A DNA stretch of 64,000 nt from a virus, in IMG/VR virus record IMGVR_UViG_3300026484_000394, positions 1-64,000 of that record; one strand, 5' to 3'. A model generated the notes under the pieces. It was not told where the DNA came from. It did no database searches and saw only the letters and a list, made by a program, of their open reading frames with translations. Numbering within the stretch: position 1 is the stretch's first letter; each line of letters starts with the position of its first letter. Made by a program: the position numbers and the translations under genes. Positions 18,726-30,044 of this stretch are shown here, piece by piece.

Positions 18726-19250
18726 ATGGGATTTATAAACACTGAAGGCTCCCCATTAAAACTCTTTCGAGATGTCTTGGCTGTTTACAAGAAGCTGACT
18801 CAAGAATCTTTGATTGATTCCACTTTTGAAAAAGGGATAGTAAAAATCAAAGATACTGGGGTTATCAAAATGGATAGGGCACCTATGATTATACTGCATA
18901 GAGGTGCTATTGGTCATGAGCCTCGTTCTTTGATGTTGAATGAAACAATAGGGTCTTCAAATGGTGGGAATCAACCTTTCTCTAATACCATACACATAAT
19001 AGATTACCCAATCGTGTTTACTTGCTACGGAAATTCATATTTAGAGACAGAACAATTAGGTATAATAGCATTAGAAACAATATTGACCGCAGGACAAACC
19101 GCAGTATCCAATAGACATGAAAATATACTTGGAGCTGAATTTGTTTCCATGTCTGAAGCAGCACAGGTTGAAGGTGCAGAGTCTCAGCTCACGGAAGTCG
19201 TTGTTGTTGGCAAGGTCACTATCATGACTTCAGCTATTAGAAATTTATAA
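18726..19250 (+). CDS. Possible tail terminator/neck protein
   Basis: Size and PMIILHRG...PIVFTCYGNSYLETEQLG pattern; weak. Confidence 0.35.
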   Translation: MGFINTEGSPLKLFRDVLAVYKKLTQESLIDSTFEKGIVKIKDTGVIKMDRAPMIILHRGAIGHEPRSLMLNETIGSSNGGNQPFSNTIHIIDYPIVFTCYGNSYLETEQLGIIALETILTAGQTAVSNRHENILGAEFVSMSEAAQVEGAESQLTEVVVVGKVTIMTSAIRNL

Positions 19251-19272
19251 TAATAAAAAAAGGAATATCAAT

Positions 19273-19662
19273 ATGAAAAACTTAAATATATCATCTCTAG
19301 TGGCTTCGATTGAAGCAGAAGGAACATCACCAATGCAAGCTCCTCGCTCACAGCTTGGAGAAAAATTAGCTGCCCGTGCAGAAGCTACTCGAGCCAATGA
19401 ACCAGAGCTGTCTAAAGTTGCTTCTGAGGCAGAAGACATGGCCGCAATACTTGCTAATTCAATAGGTCTAGATACAATGAGTATCGCTAGTCAACTGCAG
19501 AAAACTGCTTCAGATATGTCTGAGGCTGAATCTCTTGAAGAGATAGTCAAAATTGCGAGTGATTTAGGAAATACAGATCTAGCTAACATTTCGACTATTG
19601 CAAATAAAATTACCGATGTTGTTTGTGCTCAAATAGAGAGTCGTACTTCAGGAGAACACTAA
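19273..19662 (+). CDS. Acidic helical scaffold/core-like protein with four K-x-A motifs
   Basis: KLAA, KVAS, KTAS and KIAS in 129 aa; TATAAT at 19246-19251. Confidence 0.55.
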   Translation: MKNLNISSLVASIEAEGTSPMQAPRSQLGEKLAARAEATRANEPELSKVASEAEDMAAILANSIGLDTMSIASQLQKTASDMSEAESLEEIVKIASDLGNTDLANISTIANKITDVVCAQIESRTSGEH

Positions 19663-21443
19663 TGGGTAGAGTGCAGCTTTTTGGAAATGATTTTATATCC
19701 AATAGTTCAGCTGTGTTTGTAGGCACAAATGGAAAATTGGCTATAAATAGAGCTACTTCAGATGATTACAATGTAGGCATTGTTTCTAGAGATGCTTTTG
19801 ATTTTTCTTCTGGAAACAGAGCTGTTTCTTTTATTGTGAGTATGAAGAATTCTGCTCCAAGTGTTCGCTCTAGCCAGTTAGCTTGTTTCAGAAATACAGG
19901 GTCTGTCTTTCTGATGGACGAAGAGAAACAATTGTCTTGGTGCGGCTCAGAAGAGGCATTCGACTCTGTTCTTCAGCCAGACTGTGAAACTATGTCACAA
20001 AAGCAATGTACTAACTTTTACGGCATGACCATTTCATCTACGCATACGATTGTAAAGCAAGGTGAAGCATTCTCTTGCTCAGGAAGTGATCAGTTTGGAC
20101 AGCTTGGGCTAGAATCTCTGGAGACAATAAAACAAGTAGCCGCAGGAAAAGACTTTACAATTTCTCTAGACTGGAGTGGCAGAGTAGTTTTATATGGTTC
20201 AGATAGAGATGGATTACTAGCAATACCTGAAGCAGTGTCTGACTTTGATGAAGAGGATAAGCCAGTATCTATCAGCTCGAGAGAAGATAGCTATGCTGTT
20301 CTACACAGAAACGGGACGGTTACTGTTGTTACTGAAGACGAAGTCTTTAAGCTAGATACAGACAACAAGATGATTTTACAATTAGGCTCTAAATACGCGA
20401 TAGATACTGATGGAAATACATTCAATTTATTTGAAAAAGAAAGTCTACCGGCTTTATTTCTGAAAGTAGATAGTGCTGAGATACGAAGTATAGGGCTTAC
20501 TACAAGTGGTAAAGTGTTAGAGTGGGGTGACGACATTGATGACTATAGAGAGCTCTTGATTTCAGATTCGAACTCTGTTATAGATGTGTATGCTGGAGAG
20601 AAGTTTTCAATAGCTGTTTTAGCAGATAGAACTGTAATATCTTCTGGTAATGTTCCTGATGATGTGCTTGAACTCCTTGACAATAAAAGTGGTTCCAAAA
20701 AAGTGACAATTACTTTTTCTGATTCCTATGATGATTATCCTATGTTAAGAGAGCTTGGTCTTTCTAATATTGCATTTGGTATCCAAACAGACACCCTGGA
20801 TGATAAAGTTCTATTGCATCAGAATTCAGATGGTGAAAGCACTCCTGTCATGAGAGGGCATACAGAGTTAAAATCTGTGTTTGCTTGTCTAGGTGGCTTT
20901 ACGAAAGGAACTGTTGTAGCCAAACATACAAGTGGGGCTACATATAGTCACTTAACGACAGGGGAAAAAAATGTTCCCGTAGAAGGACATTCTTTTATTG
21001 GAGAGGACTTTATTTCTGACAAAAACGAAAGATATAAAATTACAATAAGTTTCTCTCCTTTTGGAAAAACTATCAGTTTTAGAAAAATAAATGGTAGTTT
21101 CATTCGTGATTATCCGGTCAAAACTTTATCTATCCAGGAGAATGGGTATAGACAAGGAAGAGTAGCCATCTATATTAGAAATGCAAACAGTTTCGTTCTA
21201 GAAGAATGCTACATAGAAGACAGTATTCCTAGTGGTATTTTACCAGCGGAAATTATTTATCGAGATATTGATACAGCTGTTCTGCAGTCAGAAGCAACGA
21301 GTTTAATCAACGATATCGCATCTACAACCAAAGAGGCAAAAGTAGCTGTAGCTAAGCTTTCAGAATCTCTATTGGTTCTCAATTCTGACTACAAAAAGAA
21401 TCTTAAGGAAGTTTTTGAACGCCTTGAAGCAGTTGAGGACTAA
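19662..21443 (+). CDS. RCC1/BLIP-II repeat virion protein
   Basis: GSDQFGQLG, IKQVAAGKDFTISLDWSGRVVLYG, VIDVYAGEKFSIAVLADRTV. Start set at ATG 19662 behind AGGAG (track start 19623). Confidence 0.75.
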   Translation: MGRVQLFGNDFISNSSAVFVGTNGKLAINRATSDDYNVGIVSRDAFDFSSGNRAVSFIVSMKNSAPSVRSSQLACFRNTGSVFLMDEEKQLSWCGSEEAFDSVLQPDCETMSQKQCTNFYGMTISSTHTIVKQGEAFSCSGSDQFGQLGLESLETIKQVAAGKDFTISLDWSGRVVLYGSDRDGLLAIPEAVSDFDEEDKPVSISSREDSYAVLHRNGTVTVVTEDEVFKLDTDNKMILQLGSKYAIDTDGNTFNLFEKESLPALFLKVDSAEIRSIGLTTSGKVLEWGDDIDDYRELLISDSNSVIDVYAGEKFSIAVLADRTVISSGNVPDDVLELLDNKSGSKKVTITFSDSYDDYPMLRELGLSNIAFGIQTDTLDDKVLLHQNSDGESTPVMRGHTELKSVFACLGGFTKGTVVAKHTSGATYSHLTTGEKNVPVEGHSFIGEDFISDKNERYKITISFSPFGKTISFRKINGSFIRDYPVKTLSIQENGYRQGRVAIYIRNANSFVLEECYIEDSIPSGILPAEIIYRDIDTAVLQSEATSLINDIASTTKEAKVAVAKLSESLLVLNSDYKKNLKEVFERLEAVED

Positions 21444-21446
21444 CCT

Positions 21447-24400
21447 TTGAGAATAGACAACGAGTGGCTAATTGCTCATGTCCAGCAAGATAGAAGTATT
21501 AAAGCAATGCAAGCAGCAACATCATCATTGGTAAGCCAATATGATCGTCTGCTTGCTACCATTATGGCAGATAAAAGGAATTACATGAAAGAGAGTGTGT
21601 CGTCTACAAAAGACAAGATAATGACATCTAAGGTGAAAGGGTTTGCCGAACTGATGCCTTCTTCTGGTGTTGCAGACGGAGAAGAATTTAATATAGAAGC
21701 GAATGACATTCTGATTGAAGCAGAGATGTTTCTGGATATAGAGAATGCTGCATGGACAATAAAGAAGATTAAAGAGCAGATGAGTGACAAATTTGTAGCA
21801 AGAGAGCTTATTCTAATGTCTCCTGTTTTGTCTTCTTATTTAAGGGCTTCTAATATAGTCTCAGTGGATGCTCTCTCTTTAAGAAGTGATGTATTGGCAG
21901 TTGGAACAACAGAACATATTAGTCCTTTTTCAAGAGTTGACCACACAGACCTTTCTAATCCTAATGCGATAGTGAATAAGCAAGCCTTTGAGCGAGCGTT
22001 CTACACGGCTAACACGAAAGAGCCTTATGCTTCTGTCAATTTTCAAAATAGTATCAAGAATATTGAACTTAGTAATTCAAAGCTCCCATATATTGAGCAG
22101 AATATCTCAGATGGAGAGTTGAAAGGTTCAGGCTCTAAACTTTCTGAATATATTCAATTATCGGAGGGGAAGTCAGGCAGTCCACAAGTAGACAATATCT
22201 TTATTCTTTTTGGACAAGAGAAAGAGTATACAATTACAATAGATGAGACAGACTATACATACACAGCTGGAGCAGATGAAAATCCAGAAGATATCGCAGG
22301 AGAACTACAGGCTGTTCTTGAAGAAAATGCCGACCTAAATATAGATGTAGATACTGGATATTGGTCTCTAGTTTTTGAAAATGATGATGGAGACAAGCCT
22401 TTGGGATGGTATGCTGAAAGTACTGATGACAGCTTGGCATTTGGGGTGAGAATGGCTCTTCGCGATGAGGGAGGCGATTTAGAAATTGAGGTAGATCCTG
22501 ATAACGAAGACGGTGTTTTGATTACTTTCGAAAATGATGGTTCAGACACAGTTTATCCATTTATGGAAGACCTAGTAAATCTTGTAAATGGATTTTCTGA
22601 TTCAAAGATTAGAGTAAAACTTATGCCCGACTATGATGTAGAAGATGAATATGCGACAGTAGATACATTTGATTTAGAGATACTTGCATCAAAGATTTCA
22701 ATAGAGGTGCAGAGCGATTCTGCTGTTGATTTACCAGATTCGTTCAGTATGATGCAAGAGCATATCTCTGACTATTCTGAGTCGTCTAGTCAGTCTGGAA
22801 AAATTGAAGTGATAGCTTTTAACAAAGATGATAATTATTCAATTACAATAGGTGATGTGGAATATATTGTTGATATGGAAGATGATGAGAATGCTTCTGT
22901 GGAGGACGAGGAGAGTCTAGCTGCTAGATTTATAGAGTTGACTCAAGATGACACCTTAGCTGATGTAACGAGAGTAGTAGCTACGATTATGGTTGAAGCT
23001 AAGAACGGAGGGGATAGTTTTGCAGTAGTGTCATCAGGTGAGCATAACTATGTTGTCCCAGTTATACGGGAAACTCTTTTGAAATACGACATTAGACAAA
23101 GCCTGCTAATAGGCTCTGGTAAAATCACAGGGTTGCAAAAAGCAGAAGGAAAAGTAAGATATTTAAACACTCCACTAAGTAAAGGGGATGTGGATGGATT
23201 ACTTGATGCTGGATATTTATATTCTTCGGAAAATTTACTTCTTCCTCAAATTGATAAAACTTTAGCACAAGAAGAAAATGAGGTTCCGTCAGTTCAAAGA
23301 GTTGGAGCTTCTATAGAAAAAATTACAAGAGCAAAAACAGGAGCCATTACTTCCGCTGCTAAGAAGATTGAACAAATCTCTAAGAGTATGCCAGTGCTAG
23401 TAGACCCTTACTATGCTACATCTCAAGCAAAATCGAACAGATGGTTTTTTGTAGAGGCAGGAGGTAATAGTGTGGCAGCTAAAACATCTCTGGAAATTGC
23501 TTTACATACTATCGCTCCTTCTGATTTTGAACGGCTCGTATATCAGGATGATGCGGCAAGCTTCTCTACTGCAATCAAAAATAGACTTCCTAATGTAGGC
23601 CAGGACTTCGAGTCTCTACACAGCTTAATGACAGAAAAAGTTCCCTCATATAATGCATCTGGACTACATAGTCGTATGCCATCTTTTCAAGATATATTCA
23701 AAGGGTCTTTAATCGAAAATCTTAACAGCAGTCTTGGAGAAAAAGTAATGTATGGGTTTATTACCTATGCTCTCTTGCCTCAAATTGATAGTCTTGTTGA
23801 TTTTATACTCTTAATGAAGCTTGGCATCCAAATGGATGATGAACTTAAAGAACAAAGGTTTATTGCTTTGGCTGGTGCTTATGTTGCGGATGCTTCTTCG
23901 CTTGAAGAATTTTTCTGCGACCCATACTTTAGTGATTTTATGTTTGGAATAAATGAAGAGGAAGAGGCTCCTGAGAATAATTATGGGTTAGGAGGAATAC
24001 CTATTGATGGGACAGTAACTATGGCTAAATTGTATTTTAGAAATATGAGAACCCAAGCAATGCCTATCGAAGACAAGAAGCCTGTAACTATGTTTTCTGA
24101 ATCGCTTTCTATTCTTTCTATTATGCCAACATTCTATATAGGTAGTATTCAGGGAGCATCAAGTAAATCAACTCTAAGCATTAAGGAAAAGCCTATTTAT
24201 CAGGGTTCTGTACCAGCTGATCTTAGCTTGGAGACGGAGATGACATTAGGAATGGGGCAACTGGAAAATTATTCAACAATTAATGAAGACTTTCTTTTAG
24301 AAGAACTTATTAGAACAGGCAATTCTTCTACTAGAATAGAGGCTGCTATCAATAGGTTTCAGACAGGCTTTTCTAAAGAATATCAAACTTCAATCTTTTC

Positions 24401-24950
24401 TGAGATGATGAATTATATTGAAATAAAGCCCGATGGAAACATTGTCTCTATCAGTCAAGGAAAAATGTCACTTCAGATGGCATATCAGTCGTTCGTAGAA
24501 GAAAGTATAACTCCATATGTTTTTGTGTCTATGCTTGCCTCGTACGAGACTTCTTTAAGTCAACCAAAACATGCAAACTCTTATAGTGCATACTCTACAC
24601 TCTCAATAAAAGTAGCCTTATTCTTAAAAGAGTCTGCTACTCCTTTTTCTGACTGGGAAGAGAAATACCAATCTCTAATAGGGCTAATCTTTATGGATGA
24701 TGATTTAGCTGAAAACATACTTCCTTTTCAAGCTTTTCTGATTTGGCTTTCCAATTGTGGAATGGCAAATATGTTTTCGTTTGCTGAGGATATTCAATCT
24801 TCTGCACAAACAGTTCTTAATGCTCTTGATTTCTCTGAATTAGGAAATATTTTTCTTCTTGATGGAAAAGATACTGCAGTGGATGCTTCAGCCTCTTTAG
24901 TGCAAGGTAAATTAGTTATGGTTTATAATATATCGGAAATAGGAGCTTAA
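21447..24950 (+). CDS. Large structural protein with acidic Ig-like inserts
   Basis: 1167 aa; two related acidic modules (YTITIDETDYTY..EDIAGEL / YSITIGDVEYIV..ESLAARF). Confidence 0.55.
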   Translation: MRIDNEWLIAHVQQDRSIKAMQAATSSLVSQYDRLLATIMADKRNYMKESVSSTKDKIMTSKVKGFAELMPSSGVADGEEFNIEANDILIEAEMFLDIENAAWTIKKIKEQMSDKFVARELILMSPVLSSYLRASNIVSVDALSLRSDVLAVGTTEHISPFSRVDHTDLSNPNAIVNKQAFERAFYTANTKEPYASVNFQNSIKNIELSNSKLPYIEQNISDGELKGSGSKLSEYIQLSEGKSGSPQVDNIFILFGQEKEYTITIDETDYTYTAGADENPEDIAGELQAVLEENADLNIDVDTGYWSLVFENDDGDKPLGWYAESTDDSLAFGVRMALRDEGGDLEIEVDPDNEDGVLITFENDGSDTVYPFMEDLVNLVNGFSDSKIRVKLMPDYDVEDEYATVDTFDLEILASKISIEVQSDSAVDLPDSFSMMQEHISDYSESSSQSGKIEVIAFNKDDNYSITIGDVEYIVDMEDDENASVEDEESLAARFIELTQDDTLADVTRVVATIMVEAKNGGDSFAVVSSGEHNYVVPVIRETLLKYDIRQSLLIGSGKITGLQKAEGKVRYLNTPLSKGDVDGLLDAGYLYSSENLLLPQIDKTLAQEENEVPSVQRVGASIEKITRAKTGAITSAAKKIEQISKSMPVLVDPYYATSQAKSNRWFFVEAGGNSVAAKTSLEIALHTIAPSDFERLVYQDDAASFSTAIKNRLPNVGQDFESLHSLMTEKVPSYNASGLHSRMPSFQDIFKGSLIENLNSSLGEKVMYGFITYALLPQIDSLVDFILLMKLGIQMDDELKEQRFIALAGAYVADASSLEEFFCDPYFSDFMFGINEEEEAPENNYGLGGIPIDGTVTMAKLYFRNMRTQAMPIEDKKPVTMFSESLSILSIMPTFYIGSIQGASSKSTLSIKEKPIYQGSVPADLSLETEMTLGMGQLENYSTINEDFLLEELIRTGNSSTRIEAAINRFQTGFSKEYQTSIFSEMMNYIEIKPDGNIVSISQGKMSLQMAYQSFVEESITPYVFVSMLASYETSLSQPKHANSYSAYSTLSIKVALFLKESATPFSDWEEKYQSLIGLIFMDDDLAENILPFQAFLIWLSNCGMANMFSFAEDIQSSAQTVLNALDFSELGNIFLLDGKDTAVDASASLVQGKLVMVYNISEIGA

Positions 24951-24951
24951 T

Positions 24952-25671
24952 ATGCATTTTAGAAAGCAGAAAACATTTTTATCTAGAACAGAGTTGTCAT
25001 CTGAGACCAAAAGTAGAACATTGTTTGTTTCAGGAGACTCTGCAAAATTAGCCTTTTTGGATTCAAGAGAAGCTGTGCTTAATGGGGATCTTGTGGGAGT
25101 GGCTTCTACTACATTGGCTAGAGGAACAGCAGTTCGCTTACACGGTCTTCTGTCTAGTAATCTATATGTTGGGCAGTCATCAGAAGAAACTCCTGTCTTC
25201 TCGCTAATACTCAAGCAAGGCTTAGCTCCGTATGTGAATACTTCTATACCATCTCTTCCATATACATCTAGTGTGAAGATAATCTCTCAGGAGACAAATT
25301 CTTTCTCTTTAGTTGAATGGAAAGATGAGGATAGAGTATTCTCTGATTCTGGGGTTGTAACTAGCAAAGTTTTTGCAAATGCTATCGTTTGTCAAGAAGG
25401 AAAACCAGATCAAACTATTACTCAGGAATGTACAGTGTCAGAATGGGCACGAATTAAGATGACTGGAGACAAGGATGTTCAGATAACAACAGATGATACA
25501 TATGTTGATGCTGGAGCAGAAAAGCCAGAAGATTATGTCTCTAGCCAATTAACAGTCGACAATCAAGTTACGGAAGGGGTAGAAGGAACATATCCTGTCA
25601 TCTACACATTAGAGAATGTAACCGGCATTTTAGACAGACAAATAAGAAAGGTTGTTATTGTCAGCTCATAG
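24952..25671 (+). CDS. Protein with C-terminal DUF5011-like Ig domain
   Basis: IKMTGDKDVQI...YVDAGA...GTYPVIYT...RKVVI. Confidence 0.65.
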   Translation: MHFRKQKTFLSRTELSSETKSRTLFVSGDSAKLAFLDSREAVLNGDLVGVASTTLARGTAVRLHGLLSSNLYVGQSSEETPVFSLILKQGLAPYVNTSIPSLPYTSSVKIISQETNSFSLVEWKDEDRVFSDSGVVTSKVFANAIVCQEGKPDQTITQECTVSEWARIKMTGDKDVQITTDDTYVDAGAEKPEDYVSSQLTVDNQVTEGVEGTYPVIYTLENVTGILDRQIRKVVIVSS

Positions 25672-25675
25672 TGAT

Positions 25676-25686
25676 TATGATATAAT
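25676..25686 (+). promoter_or_regulatory. Extended -10 promoter TATGATATAAT
   Basis: Intergenic, 28 nt before the next ATG. Confidence 0.75.
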
Positions 25687-25714
25687 CTGTGTTAACTTTT
25701 AAACAGGAGTAAAT

Positions 25715-25918
25715 ATGGCAGATTATGATTTTACATCATGGAGTTGTTCTAAAATAGAGAGATTTTTAGAAGGAAAAAGAGTAGAGTGGTTTGTGGATAA
25801 TGTGAGCCTATCAGAATTGCAATTATTGAAAAGAAAACTATACGGCTGTAATAAAACTGTATATGCCAGAATGCAACGCTTCTTTGGATTGGCAGAGCAG
25901 AAAATAGCTAGGAGATGA
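25715..25918 (+). CDS. Hypothetical protein (67 aa)
   Basis: AGGAG RBS, own promoter. Confidence 0.75.
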   Translation: MADYDFTSWSCSKIERFLEGKRVEWFVDNVSLSELQLLKRKLYGCNKTVYARMQRFFGLAEQKIARR

Positions 25919-25922
25919 TAAA

Positions 25923-26132
25923 GTGGAATGGCTACAATCTTTATCAGCTAAAAAAAAGATAGTAAAGAGTCAGATTTTTGTATTTGATGATGAGCTTTCA
26001 CCAGAGGATTATGCATTGCAAATAAATAGTATTGTTTTATCTAAGCATTCTTCAATCATCTCTGAGGAGAAAAACTGGGACCAAACAGGAATCCTTAGTA
26101 TTTTATTAACTTGGGAAGAGGAGAAGGAATGA
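25923..26132 (+). CDS. Hypothetical protein (69 aa)
   Basis: AGGAG RBS, GTG start. Confidence 0.7.
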   Translation: MEWLQSLSAKKKIVKSQIFVFDDELSPEDYALQINSIVLSKHSSIISEEKNWDQTGILSILLTWEEEKE

Positions 26133-26443
26133 TTTATAGCAATTTAGTTTCACTTCATAATGATAAGTTTTTTGCTGAGACATCTAGTCTATCTAAATTG
26201 GAAGACAACAGGGGAATTATTCTCTTGAAGAAAAGCAATAATAGGCGTGATTTCCAAAAGTATCTCAATGGAGCATTTGATGATACTTTTGGAAAGCATA
26301 TTTTCACAAATCTAATGCAGTCAGATAGTGTTAACTTAAGCACCAGCGTTAGAGAGCAGGGAAGAGCTACTCTCTCGATACAGGTGGCTCTGCCTTCAAA
26401 TAATAAAACTTGTGTTATTCAAGTTCCACACGGAGAATATTAA
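26129..26443 (+). CDS. Hypothetical protein
   Basis: ATGA overlap with the upstream gene; start moved from 26111. Confidence 0.7.
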   Translation: MIYSNLVSLHNDKFFAETSSLSKLEDNRGIILLKKSNNRRDFQKYLNGAFDDTFGKHIFTNLMQSDSVNLSTSVREQGRATLSIQVALPSNNKTCVIQVPHGEY

Positions 26444-27118
26444 ATGGCAAACATAGTAATAAATGCAGCAGTTTCCAAGGTTCACAAAGATAAAGCTTCA
26501 GGTATAGCAACTGCAATTAGGGATAAAAATATTGTAGGCTTTATGGATTTAAGAAATGTTATTTATGAGAATCAGACTAGGCATATCGCAGGGCTAAAAT
26601 ATGACAAGAATGAGAGAATGTTCTACATGGTGTCTCCAAAGAAAGCTGATGATGTAAATATAGGGATCTTTATATCTACTTATGACATTGAATTGGTACA
26701 CGGAAAGATTATGGCAAAAGAGGAGCTTTCTGATGTTTATGAACTTCCTTCAGTTGCTGAGAAGATGAGTAGAGGTGGATACAAAAAATCATTGGACACC
26801 ACTATTCAGAAGCGTGCAGAAGTATTTCCAAAAAAGGTAAATCTAAAGATATTGATAGCAACAGCAAAGGATAAGTTAGTAATAAGAAATAAAGCAGGAT
26901 TCCTCTTTACTTGTGATTTTAAGACTGGGAAATGGCATACTTTAAGACCAGGTTCTAAATTACAAACTATCTTTATGATGGAATCTGACGATCTAAATAT
27001 TCAATCCATTTTTAAGCATAGCCTGCCTTTTCCTGCCTTAGATAGGGGGATGTTCGACAAAGAATCTAATGCTTCAGAAACTTTTGACATGACGAAGCAT
27101 ATTTTAGATAATGTGTAG
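26444..27118 (+). CDS. Hypothetical protein
   Basis: GGAG RBS, operon context. Confidence 0.75.
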   Translation: MANIVINAAVSKVHKDKASGIATAIRDKNIVGFMDLRNVIYENQTRHIAGLKYDKNERMFYMVSPKKADDVNIGIFISTYDIELVHGKIMAKEELSDVYELPSVAEKMSRGGYKKSLDTTIQKRAEVFPKKVNLKILIATAKDKLVIRNKAGFLFTCDFKTGKWHTLRPGSKLQTIFMMESDDLNIQSIFKHSLPFPALDRGMFDKESNASETFDMTKHILDNV

Positions 27119-27147
27119 TCTAAGACCACTCTACAAAAGGATATAAA

Positions 27148-28545
27148 ATGACTTTCGATTTCGACAAATACAAAGCGATAGTGGATTATATAAGTTCTAG
27201 TACAGGGAAAATCACAACTTCAATAGACAAGCTTATTGCTGGAACTATTGAAATGAGAAAGCATTCCACTGCGGCTATAATTAGATATAGTACTAACATC
27301 ACTGAGATTTCAATGGGAAGACTATCAAATAAGATTGACAGCTCTCTGTGGCTAGCACAAGGGAAGGTGGCTCTGCATATACAAAATGGTGCAAGGCTTC
27401 TCTTTTCTGAGAAGTATATTTTCAGAGAAAACTCAATGCTTCCAACTAAGCTTCCAGCAGAAGCTCTTGAAATATTAGGTAAACAATTTGCCTCAAGGGA
27501 TTCTGTGAAGAGTCTTTTTTCAAGAACATATTCCTCTTCTGTAGCTGATTTTTCTGGCGATGAAGTTCCAAACATTTTATATTTCCGAAATCATTTTCTA
27601 ACGACAAAGGGGTCTGTGCTTCAAGGACCTCTTGAGGTATCCTCTGAACAGGTAACTGAAGATAATAACTGTATGTCTTATCGTATTGCGTCTAAACTAG
27701 CTGGGGTAAATAAAGCAACCCTTATCGCACGACTACAAGTCGACCAATTAGAAACAAATCTATTTATTGCTCAACAAGCAGTAACTATGGAAGCTGCTGT
27801 TGAAAAAGTCGACATAGACAGTGGCGTTTCTTTATCTGGGGCTCCCTCGGATAAATCACTAATCTTAAGAAGCAATATAGAGCAGGTAGCGGTCAAAAAA
27901 AACCTATCAAATATAAGAGAAGCAATAATCTCAGACAAAGAGTCTTTTTCTTCTTCTGATGTTGTCACGGAAGTGTATGCTAGTAAGGGTGCTGCAGAGC
28001 ATGGAATAATTCAAGAAGAGTCAATAAAAATAGATGCTGAAACTCAGCCCCATTATTCGGTTGCAAGAATTCATCCATCTTTAGAGTATTCTTTAGCAGC
28101 AAAGCCTGATTCGACTTTGATTTCTGGTCTTTCTGATAGCCTCTACTCTTCTCGCTCACTTGATATGGAAAAGAATCAAATTGCATATGGACAATTCACT
28201 GCTATTGTCCCAAGAGTTAAGGGAGAAATTGCAGACGAAATATCTGCTGAAATTCTATCTGACCCTAGAGGTAAAGCAGCAGCAACGCTTAAGCTGGTTT
28301 TCGAAATAGTTGCTTCTCGTTTAAGAATGGAAAATCCAGAGCTATTTATGGGAAATACGGAACTGTCTCAACTAAATAATATAAAGGGAATTATTATGAA
28401 GCCAGGAGACACAGTAGCATTTAACAGAAGACCTATTTTGAAAGCAGAGAATAATGAAGCGGCTTCAGCAGAAGATATCCTTGCAAAAGTAGTTCACTTA
28501 GAGAAACCAGTTTTGTCTGCTAAAGTTGGGAAATGGAACTTTTAA
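27148..28545 (+). CDS. Hypothetical protein (tail/baseplate region)
   Basis: Long ORF with AAGGA RBS. Confidence 0.7.
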   Translation: MTFDFDKYKAIVDYISSSTGKITTSIDKLIAGTIEMRKHSTAAIIRYSTNITEISMGRLSNKIDSSLWLAQGKVALHIQNGARLLFSEKYIFRENSMLPTKLPAEALEILGKQFASRDSVKSLFSRTYSSSVADFSGDEVPNILYFRNHFLTTKGSVLQGPLEVSSEQVTEDNNCMSYRIASKLAGVNKATLIARLQVDQLETNLFIAQQAVTMEAAVEKVDIDSGVSLSGAPSDKSLILRSNIEQVAVKKNLSNIREAIISDKESFSSSDVVTEVYASKGAAEHGIIQEESIKIDAETQPHYSVARIHPSLEYSLAAKPDSTLISGLSDSLYSSRSLDMEKNQIAYGQFTAIVPRVKGEIADEISAEILSDPRGKAAATLKLVFEIVASRLRMENPELFMGNTELSQLNNIKGIIMKPGDTVAFNRRPILKAENNEAASAEDILAKVVHLEKPVLSAKVGKWNF

Positions 28546-30044
28546 ATAAGCTTGTTGAAGCTGGAGACCAGCCTGGGATTTTTTCTTCAACAGTGCAATC
28601 TTTTCAGAATGGTATCGTCTGTGGGTACTCTCTGCATATAGACCATGCTGTAGATGCAGACATTGTAGTTCCAAAGGGGTATGTTCGAGTTTCTGTATCT
28701 GAAAGCATTTCAGGGGCTGGTATCACAAGACACTCAGATTACTTTCCGAAGCTAGCACTACTATTAGATAAGATGTTCTTTTTTACTCCAGCTTCTATCA
28801 ACCCTACTATGGGAACAGTAGCAGAAATACCTCATTTCACACCAGGGGAAAGAGCGTCTCTTTATATGAGCATATTTGAAATAGAGACTACTCTTAGAAC
28901 AATGCTAGACAAGCTCAACATTGTAGCCACTATCGAAACTAATTTAAGCTTCTATGAGTGTTTAATGCAGTTTAAAAAGAACTTCAAACCTCTTGGGCTA
29001 AAAGTAGTGGATAATATGATTGGAACAAGATTAACAATCAATAGTTTTTTTATGATGCTTTACCGTGGTTTTGAACTGCGTCTTGAAGTTACTGCAGATA
29101 CTATTGTGTTGACTGATTTATTTCAAATGCTTAGAAGAGCAGACGTTATTTTGTCTGCAGAGGATATTACAGGCACACAAAACTATATAAATTTCAGAAA
29201 GATACCAAAGTATACGACCACAGCGATAGGTTCTGACGGAAGCATTTTAGATACTTCTCCTGTGGTCGCAGGGGATTTTTCGAGATTAACACAGACAGAA
29301 AGAAATTACAAATCTGATACACGAACACATGCTTTGCCTTTTGCTGATATGTCGTTATCTATGGATGCTTCTCAGGAAGCAATAGCACAGAGTAATATGT
29401 TAATAAGGGCTGCCATAATTAGTCCTAAAATTGAAATTGAAGATAAGACGGATCAAATGGGTGAAGCGACAGTGCGGGATTTAGAATCTTGTGGTTTCGA
29501 AGACCTTGTAGTAAAAGTTCCTGTCATTCAAAAGAAGTCAGCTTTTTTAGAAGAACTGCTGATACAAGCTCAAACAAAAGAACTGGAGAAACAGAAAGCG
29601 ATAGAAGGAATTACTCCAGAACAGCTTGCTGACATTGACCGACAAATAGCAGCAATTAGCATTCCTCCGGAAAAAGCCTATGATTTGTCTGCTATTTCGG
29701 TTAAGCTAAAAAGTAACTTTTCAAAGTTTTTACACACTCTTGCTGCATACAGAGCTATGTCTGCTTCTATGTCTCGCTCACTTATGATGGAAGATATTAC
29801 CTGTCCCGTGAACACTCCATTTACCATAGAGAGAGGGGAGAGTGTTGTTTGTAGGCAGAAGATTGCTAGCTCAGATGGTCAAACTAAACAAGATTTTATA
29901 AACATAAATTTACATGGAGCTGGGTTTGTTCAGTCGGTGAGTGTTGTTCAAGAACCTGGGATTAAAACCTGCACGATAAACTATATCAACTTTGGAGCAG
30001 CAGAGTATGAGTTATATTCAGACGAAGGAGAAAAAGAAGAATGA
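28533..30044 (+). CDS. Possible baseplate hub-like protein
   Basis: C-terminal GFVQSVSV...TCTINY strand pattern; weak. Confidence 0.3.
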   Translation: MELLNKLVEAGDQPGIFSSTVQSFQNGIVCGYSLHIDHAVDADIVVPKGYVRVSVSESISGAGITRHSDYFPKLALLLDKMFFFTPASINPTMGTVAEIPHFTPGERASLYMSIFEIETTLRTMLDKLNIVATIETNLSFYECLMQFKKNFKPLGLKVVDNMIGTRLTINSFFMMLYRGFELRLEVTADTIVLTDLFQMLRRADVILSAEDITGTQNYINFRKIPKYTTTAIGSDGSILDTSPVVAGDFSRLTQTERNYKSDTRTHALPFADMSLSMDASQEAIAQSNMLIRAAIISPKIEIEDKTDQMGEATVRDLESCGFEDLVVKVPVIQKKSAFLEELLIQAQTKELEKQKAIEGITPEQLADIDRQIAAISIPPEKAYDLSAISVKLKSNFSKFLHTLAAYRAMSASMSRSLMMEDITCPVNTPFTIERGESVVCRQKIASSDGQTKQDFININLHGAGFVQSVSVVQEPGIKTCTINYINFGAAEYELYSDEGEKEE